Shown: piece after piece, positions 27,856-32,000 of the stretch
Layout of the letters: the number at the start of each line of letters is the position of its first letter
How positions within the stretch are numbered: position 1 is the first letter of the stretch
Assembly (NCBI RefSeq): GCF_000196355.1
Contig: NC_007614.1
Span: forward strand, 1,950,001-1,982,000
Reading direction: 5' to 3'
Origin: Nitrosospira multiformis ATCC 25196
GTDB lineage: Bacteria > Pseudomonadota > Gammaproteobacteria > Burkholderiales > Nitrosomonadaceae
Length of the DNA stretch: 32,000 nt
The notes under the pieces: model-generated
What the model was told of the DNA's origin: nothing
The model's database searches: none
The model's input: the letters and a program-made list of their open reading frames with translations, nothing else
Made by a program: the position numbers and the translations under genes

Positions 27856-28140
27856 TACCGCAACCTGAATCATTCAAGTCGAGAAGTGTGGGCGACTGTG
27901 GAGTTCCGTATCACAGAGGGAAGCACTAGAGAGGAAAGTGCGGGAGGGGAAGTGCTGACCGAAGCGCAGGCGTTCATTGCATGGCGTGGCGCGAGGGGGT
28001 TTATCGATGGCGCAGAATCCCGTGCTGGCCGTCAGCGTCCATACAGGCGAGACTCTCCATCTCATGATTCGAGCCATTCCCGTTAAATGACTTTGTCATG
28101 ATTGGTCTGCTATGCACCTGGTATTTATGAGAGATGCGGG

Positions 28141-29511
28141 CTAACCCTGCAGCATGAATGTCTCATACTCCAGCCGGTTGAACTTATGCGAGAGGATGAA
28201 GAGACCGAGAAATGCGGACAGCGTAACGGATACTGCAAAGCCGTATCCGAAGGATTCGGCTCCTAGTTGCAGCGTGGCAACGGTGAACAGCAGGTTGGTG
28301 ATAAAAAAACATGCCGTAACGATCAATACTTCCCGCCGGGCGTCGAGATAAAAAAGTATGTTGAGTATCGCCATCAGCAGCACCTGCACACTGACTGCGA
28401 CCACATCGATATAAAACAAATGAATGTAGAGCGGGGATATGCCAATGGTTTGCAGCAGGCCCCTGCCCCACAGAAGGCACAACACCACCGTCAGACCCTG
28501 CACTTTGAAGATTTCGTAGATACCTTGCCGGGCAGCGTACACCATCCGGTCACGCCTATATTCGATATGCATGAGCGTGTCGCCTTCACGCACGGCACGG
28601 TAAAAACGTTCGTGCTGTTCGGCAAAATCCGCTTCTATGCTTACCAGAAATACGGCCATCCCCGGCAGGATGAATAGATATGCCAGAAAAATGGGAAGAT
28701 CGTAGATGATGGATGCGCGCAAGGGACCGATGACCACCTCGGAAGTATAGGGCACGAACCAGAAGATGAATTTGTCGATCCACACCGCCAGGTAATAGAG
28801 CGTGCCGACCGCAAACAGGCTGTAAAAGCTCCGGCTTCGATCGAGAAAGTCAAACTTGAGCAGAGAATTTCCGGGATATTCCCGCACGATATGATGCAGG
28901 AAGGAAAACAGCAGATAGCCGTGACCGGTCAGCACACCGAGCAACAGGCCGTTGAGTTCCCATGGAGATGCAAGGAGTCCGACTGCAATTCCCAGGGAGT
29001 AACCCTTGGCCAAAGTCCAGATGATTCGCCCATACGCCTTCATCCCCGACAGGAAAATGAGGACAATCCACATCCCGCTCAGCACAACAAAATTGCACAG
29101 CAGCAACAGTTGCTGGAAAAATGGTCCCGTGAAAAGCGAGAAGATAAAGGGCGCTGCCCACGCAAAGCCACCCGCCATGGTCAACATCAGGACGCCGAAC
29201 AGATTGGGCAGCACCTCTGCCTTGTCACCGGCATAAGTCCGGTCCGCGACGAACCGAGTGAACATGAGCTGCATACCCCCGGTCCAGATCAGTGAACTCG
29301 CCATCATATAGGTAACGCAGATCTGGAAGGCATTGACCTCGCGCTGTTCCACACCCAGCATGACGGCAAGGACGCCTATCATCATGATGCTCAAAATCGA
29401 GAGCACCCATGGACCACCGCTGACCAGGCCCGCATAACCATAGGCTCGCAACACCGACCAGTAATTGTCGCGCTCCAGGATTTTGCGGATTTCGAAACCG
29501 ATACCGGCCAT
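28141..29511 (-). CDS. pelG: exopolysaccharide Pel transporter PelG
   Basis: MAGIGFEIRKILERDNYWSVLRAYGYAGLVSGGPWVLSILSIMMIGVLAV. Polytopic membrane protein directly downstream of pelF. Confidence 0.93.
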   Translation of the reverse strand: MAGIGFEIRKILERDNYWSVLRAYGYAGLVSGGPWVLSILSIMMIGVLAVMLGVEQREVNAFQICVTYMMASSLIWTGGMQLMFTRFVADRTYAGDKAEVLPNLFGVLMLTMAGGFAWAAPFIFSLFTGPFFQQLLLLCNFVVLSGMWIVLIFLSGMKAYGRIIWTLAKGYSLGIAVGLLASPWELNGLLLGVLTGHGYLLFSFLHHIVREYPGNSLLKFDFLDRSRSFYSLFAVGTLYYLAVWIDKFIFWFVPYTSEVVIGPLRASIIYDLPIFLAYLFILPGMAVFLVSIEADFAEQHERFYRAVREGDTLMHIEYRRDRMVYAARQGIYEIFKVQGLTVVLCLLWGRGLLQTIGISPLYIHLFYIDVVAVSVQVLLMAILNILFYLDARREVLIVTACFFITNLLFTVATLQLGAESFGYGFAVSVTLSAFLGLFILSHKFNRLEYETFMLQG

Positions 29512-29520
29512 ATAGTTACA

Positions 29521-31101
29521 TCAGTTCGCTACTGCCGGATGCCGCGGTACACTCAAGGCTTCCGAGTAGACTTCCCGATAAGATGAAAACATGAGTTGGT
29601 CGTTATAATAGCGTTTCACGCGTGCAAGCCCCGCCTGCTGCGCAGCACTCCACTTCTCCGGGTTGTTGAGCAGTTCGAGGGCTGCTTTTGCCGTGCCTTC
29701 TGGATCGGCAATGTGCACCACACTACCCGCCGCCCCCAATGCCCGGTCCTGCTCGGCCGCTCCTTCGATGAGCTCCCGGCAGGACCCTACATCCGTCGCA
29801 AGGCAGGGAACACCGCTGGCGAAAGCCTCGAGTATTACCAGCGGCAGAGCTTCACTGATCGAGGTCAGTACCATCAGGCCAAGCTGGGGCAGAATTTCCA
29901 GCATATTTTGAAAGCCCATGAATCTGAGATGATTCCCCAGGCCGAGACTTTCGGCCAGTTCCTTGCATTCATTCACATACAACGGATCTTCGTCCTCCGG
30001 GCCGACAACCCATCCTTGCGCGTCAGGACGCTCCTTGACCAGCATCCGCAATGTCCGGATGAACGTTTTGATATCCTTGATCGGCACCACGCGCCCGACC
30101 AGTCCCAGCACCGGTGGAATCTTTTCCGGTCTTTTTTCGAGTGCGTCGCGATAGCGTTCCACATTGAGGCCGTTGGTAATGATACGTGTTTTTTCCGGGA
30201 CTGCTCCGTCGGCAATCTGTCTCAACCGATTCCCTTCATACAGGCTGATAATGGGCGAAGCCTGCGCGTACGCCATGCGCCCCAGCTGCTCGTAGAATCT
30301 GATCCAGAGGCCCCGGATATATCCCATTTCCTCATGCAGCGTATTGCATACATCGTCATTGTGATCATGGATCCAGGTAGCCTGCGCCAAGTCGATTTTC
30401 CGCTCCTTGGTATAGATTCCGTGCTCGGTGAGCACGAAAGGAATGTTTCGCCGCAGCCGTATCATCGCGCCCAGCAGGCCTGCATAACCAGTCGAAATGG
30501 CATGCACTGCCCGAACCGGTGGAAGCCCGGTCGCAATATCGGCCAGCACGAACAAAGGTGCATGCATTGCACGTATCGACCAGAAATAGTCCACAAACGA
30601 GGGTTCAGTACAGCGCTCTTTATACTGTCGGGTAATGTAATCCCAGGAAGCTTCGCTATACAGAAAATCCTCCTGACTGATGCCACCCTTGGAGCCCAAT
30701 CGCGCAAACGCATCAATCATTTTCCTGTCAGCCAATTTCCCGGATTGCCGCATGATGGCGTGCAGTTCTTCCATTTCCTGGAAAGGCTGGCGGCTGCCCT
30801 TGCGGGCATGCGGCTTCCCATGGCTGCGGTGCAACAGATAGTGCGTTTCGACATGCGTCACATTCGGCGGAAACTGATATTGCGCCGGTCCATACATTTC
30901 CTTATTGCCGCCTATAAAGATCACGGCGAAGGTAAATTCCGGCAAACCGTTTATGATCTGGTGGACCCATGAAGATACCCCGCCACGGACATAAGGATAG
31001 GTGCCTTCCAGCAGCAGAGCAATATCCGCCACCGGTTCCAGAACCGATCCTGCTGCCCGTACCGTCCAGGGCTTCTCCGCCCCTGCCTGGATAACACTCA
31101 T
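29521..31101 (-). CDS. pelF: GT4-family glycosyltransferase PelF
   Basis: DIALLLEGTYPYVRGGVSSWVHQIINGLPEFTFAVIFIGG, VPFVLTEHGIYTKERKIDL, LGLVGRVVPIKDIKTFIRTLRML, SISEALPLVILEAFASGVPCLATDVGSCRELI. Confidence 0.96.
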   Translation of the reverse strand: MSVIQAGAEKPWTVRAAGSVLEPVADIALLLEGTYPYVRGGVSSWVHQIINGLPEFTFAVIFIGGNKEMYGPAQYQFPPNVTHVETHYLLHRSHGKPHARKGSRQPFQEMEELHAIMRQSGKLADRKMIDAFARLGSKGGISQEDFLYSEASWDYITRQYKERCTEPSFVDYFWSIRAMHAPLFVLADIATGLPPVRAVHAISTGYAGLLGAMIRLRRNIPFVLTEHGIYTKERKIDLAQATWIHDHNDDVCNTLHEEMGYIRGLWIRFYEQLGRMAYAQASPIISLYEGNRLRQIADGAVPEKTRIITNGLNVERYRDALEKRPEKIPPVLGLVGRVVPIKDIKTFIRTLRMLVKERPDAQGWVVGPEDEDPLYVNECKELAESLGLGNHLRFMGFQNMLEILPQLGLMVLTSISEALPLVILEAFASGVPCLATDVGSCRELIEGAAEQDRALGAAGSVVHIADPEGTAKAALELLNNPEKWSAAQQAGLARVKRYYNDQLMFSSYREVYSEALSVPRHPAVAN

Positions 31102-32000
31102 TTATTCCACCATGCTCTTACCAGAGCCAGTTCCCGCCCTTTCTCCCCAACACGTGCAAGCGCGGACAAACAGGCCTTTGCTTCGGTAAACTTCCGCTGC
31201 CGGAAAGCGATTTCGGCAAACCATGGCAACAGTTGTTGCTGATCCGCGCCATGGGTTTGTGCGTTGACAAAAGCCTTTCTCGCCAGGGCGGCTTCACCTG
31301 ATTCCAATAAAATCCGACCATACAACAACCAACTGTCGGCGTTCACGCTCCCGGATAGAGAGGACGCTTCACCCATCTCATGCTTGGGCGACGCCAGAGA
31401 GGCTTCGGATGCAGCACGCACAGAAGCCGATACAGATGCAGAGGGAACGTCGCGCCGCGTAATCGATGGCGAGCCCAATACGACCTCCATTTGTGTGCGG
31501 GCGTTTTTCAGCCAGTGCTGTCTGACAGCACCCTGTACCAGCTTGTGATATACCAGTTCCCAGCATAGCGCAGCGATCGTCTTGCGGCAGGCATTCTGTG
31601 CTCGTGGAGGAAGGTGTGGCAGCGCTTCGGTTAAAGCCAGGACGCGGTCAGTGAGCCTCTTTTCATGGGCATCCTTCATCGCATAGGCAAGCAGCCTTAC
31701 GTCATCGATCGGGTCGCGAGTAGCCTTCGACCAGATCTCCATGGCTTCTCTCGGCGACATATGCCGTGTTGCCATCACCGCTTTCAACCGCTTGAGCGAG
31801 CGCTGGGCAAAATGGACGATCTGGCGCAGGGCTCCCTGGCTGTAAGGGGGAACAGGGAAAATGACAGGGGGTGAAAAAGGCAGCTCAGGCAGGATTATGA
31901 TCTTTACATTCTTCGCGGAACGGGTCCGGGGCTGTTTCAATGCACGTGTTATGCTCCACAGCACGCCCAGCGCCCCGAAAACCGGCAGAATCCATAGAAA
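31098..32000 (-). CDS. pelE: PelE-like protein (TM + helical/TPR-like repeats), partial, 5' end outside the window
   Basis: The ORF track starts it at GTG 31964, but the frame stays open to the edge (FLWILPVLGALGVLWSITRALKQPRTR), giving the expected TM helix. ATGA overlap with pelF and C-terminal ESGEAALARKAFVNAQTHGADQQQLLPWFAEIAFRQRKFTEAKACLSAL support the pelE position. Confidence 0.8.
   Translation of the reverse strand, partial: FLWILPVFGALGVLWSITRALKQPRTRSAKNVKIIILPELPFSPPVIFPVPPYSQGALRQIVHFAQRSLKRLKAVMATRHMSPREAMEIWSKATRDPIDDVRLLAYAMKDAHEKRLTDRVLALTEALPHLPPRAQNACRKTIAALCWELVYHKLVQGAVRQHWLKNARTQMEVVLGSPSITRRDVPSASVSASVRAASEASLASPKHEMGEASSLSGSVNADSWLLYGRILLESGEAALARKAFVNAQTHGADQQQLLPWFAEIAFRQRKFTEAKACLSALARVGEKGRELALVRAWWNK

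Noticed and set aside
27829-28086. 85-aa plus-strand ORF starting in the 42-bp repeat
   Set aside because: Polar low-complexity translation without homology-like motifs; start lies inside a repeat.
29596-30972. 458-aa plus-strand ORF antisense to pelF
   Set aside because: PelF on the minus strand is well supported. The antisense translation is rich in His/Arg/Gln with no recognisable domain and is explained by codon bias of the real gene.
1-32000. CRISPR array, tRNA, rRNA or retron-like structure
   Set aside because: By eye no regularly spaced repeats, no tRNA cloverleaf with a T-loop signature, and no reverse transcriptase ORF were noticed. This was not tested computationally.

Overview
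This 32 kb window comes from a moderately GC-rich proteobacterial chromosome. The mix of genes suggests a Nitrosospira-like betaproteobacterium, but that is inference only. From left to right the supported content is: a PAS/GGDEF/EAL sensor protein, possibly partial at the left edge; a small lipoprotein; a cluster of a neutral zinc metallopeptidase, a NinX-like small protein and a phospholipase D/cardiolipin-synthase-like protein; a PEP-CTERM-like exported protein; a DUF488 protein; a CreA-like protein; a CHRD protein; an old yellow enzyme family oxidoreductase; two overlapping multiheme cytochrome c genes; an uncharacterised membrane/coiled-coil protein followed by a RimK-like ATP-grasp ligase; a glutathionyl-hydroquinone reductase; an uncharacterised possible antirepressor-like protein; a scarred segment with an amber-interrupted ORF, a Cys-rich exported protein and a decayed IS6-family transposase; a tripartite RND efflux operon; a ComEC-like MBL-fold protein; and the distal part of a pel exopolysaccharide operon (pelG, pelF, pelE partial at the right edge). 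The observations most worth a second look are all absent from or hidden in the supplied ORF track. They are: (a) a 44-codon remnant of the N-terminus of a second RND permease, coupled by ATGA to the adaptor gene; (b) an ORF at 19580-19870 that stays open on both sides of a single in-frame TAG; (c) an internally deleted IS6-family element whose tail is in frame with a Cys-rich exported protein; (d) a 20-bp tandem duplication covering the start site of the RimK-like gene; (e) an imperfect 42-bp tandem repeat plus a perfect 11-bp hairpin between pelG and the MBL gene. I did not find a clear, complete, novel defence-like or RNA-based system, a CRISPR array, or a tRNA/rRNA.
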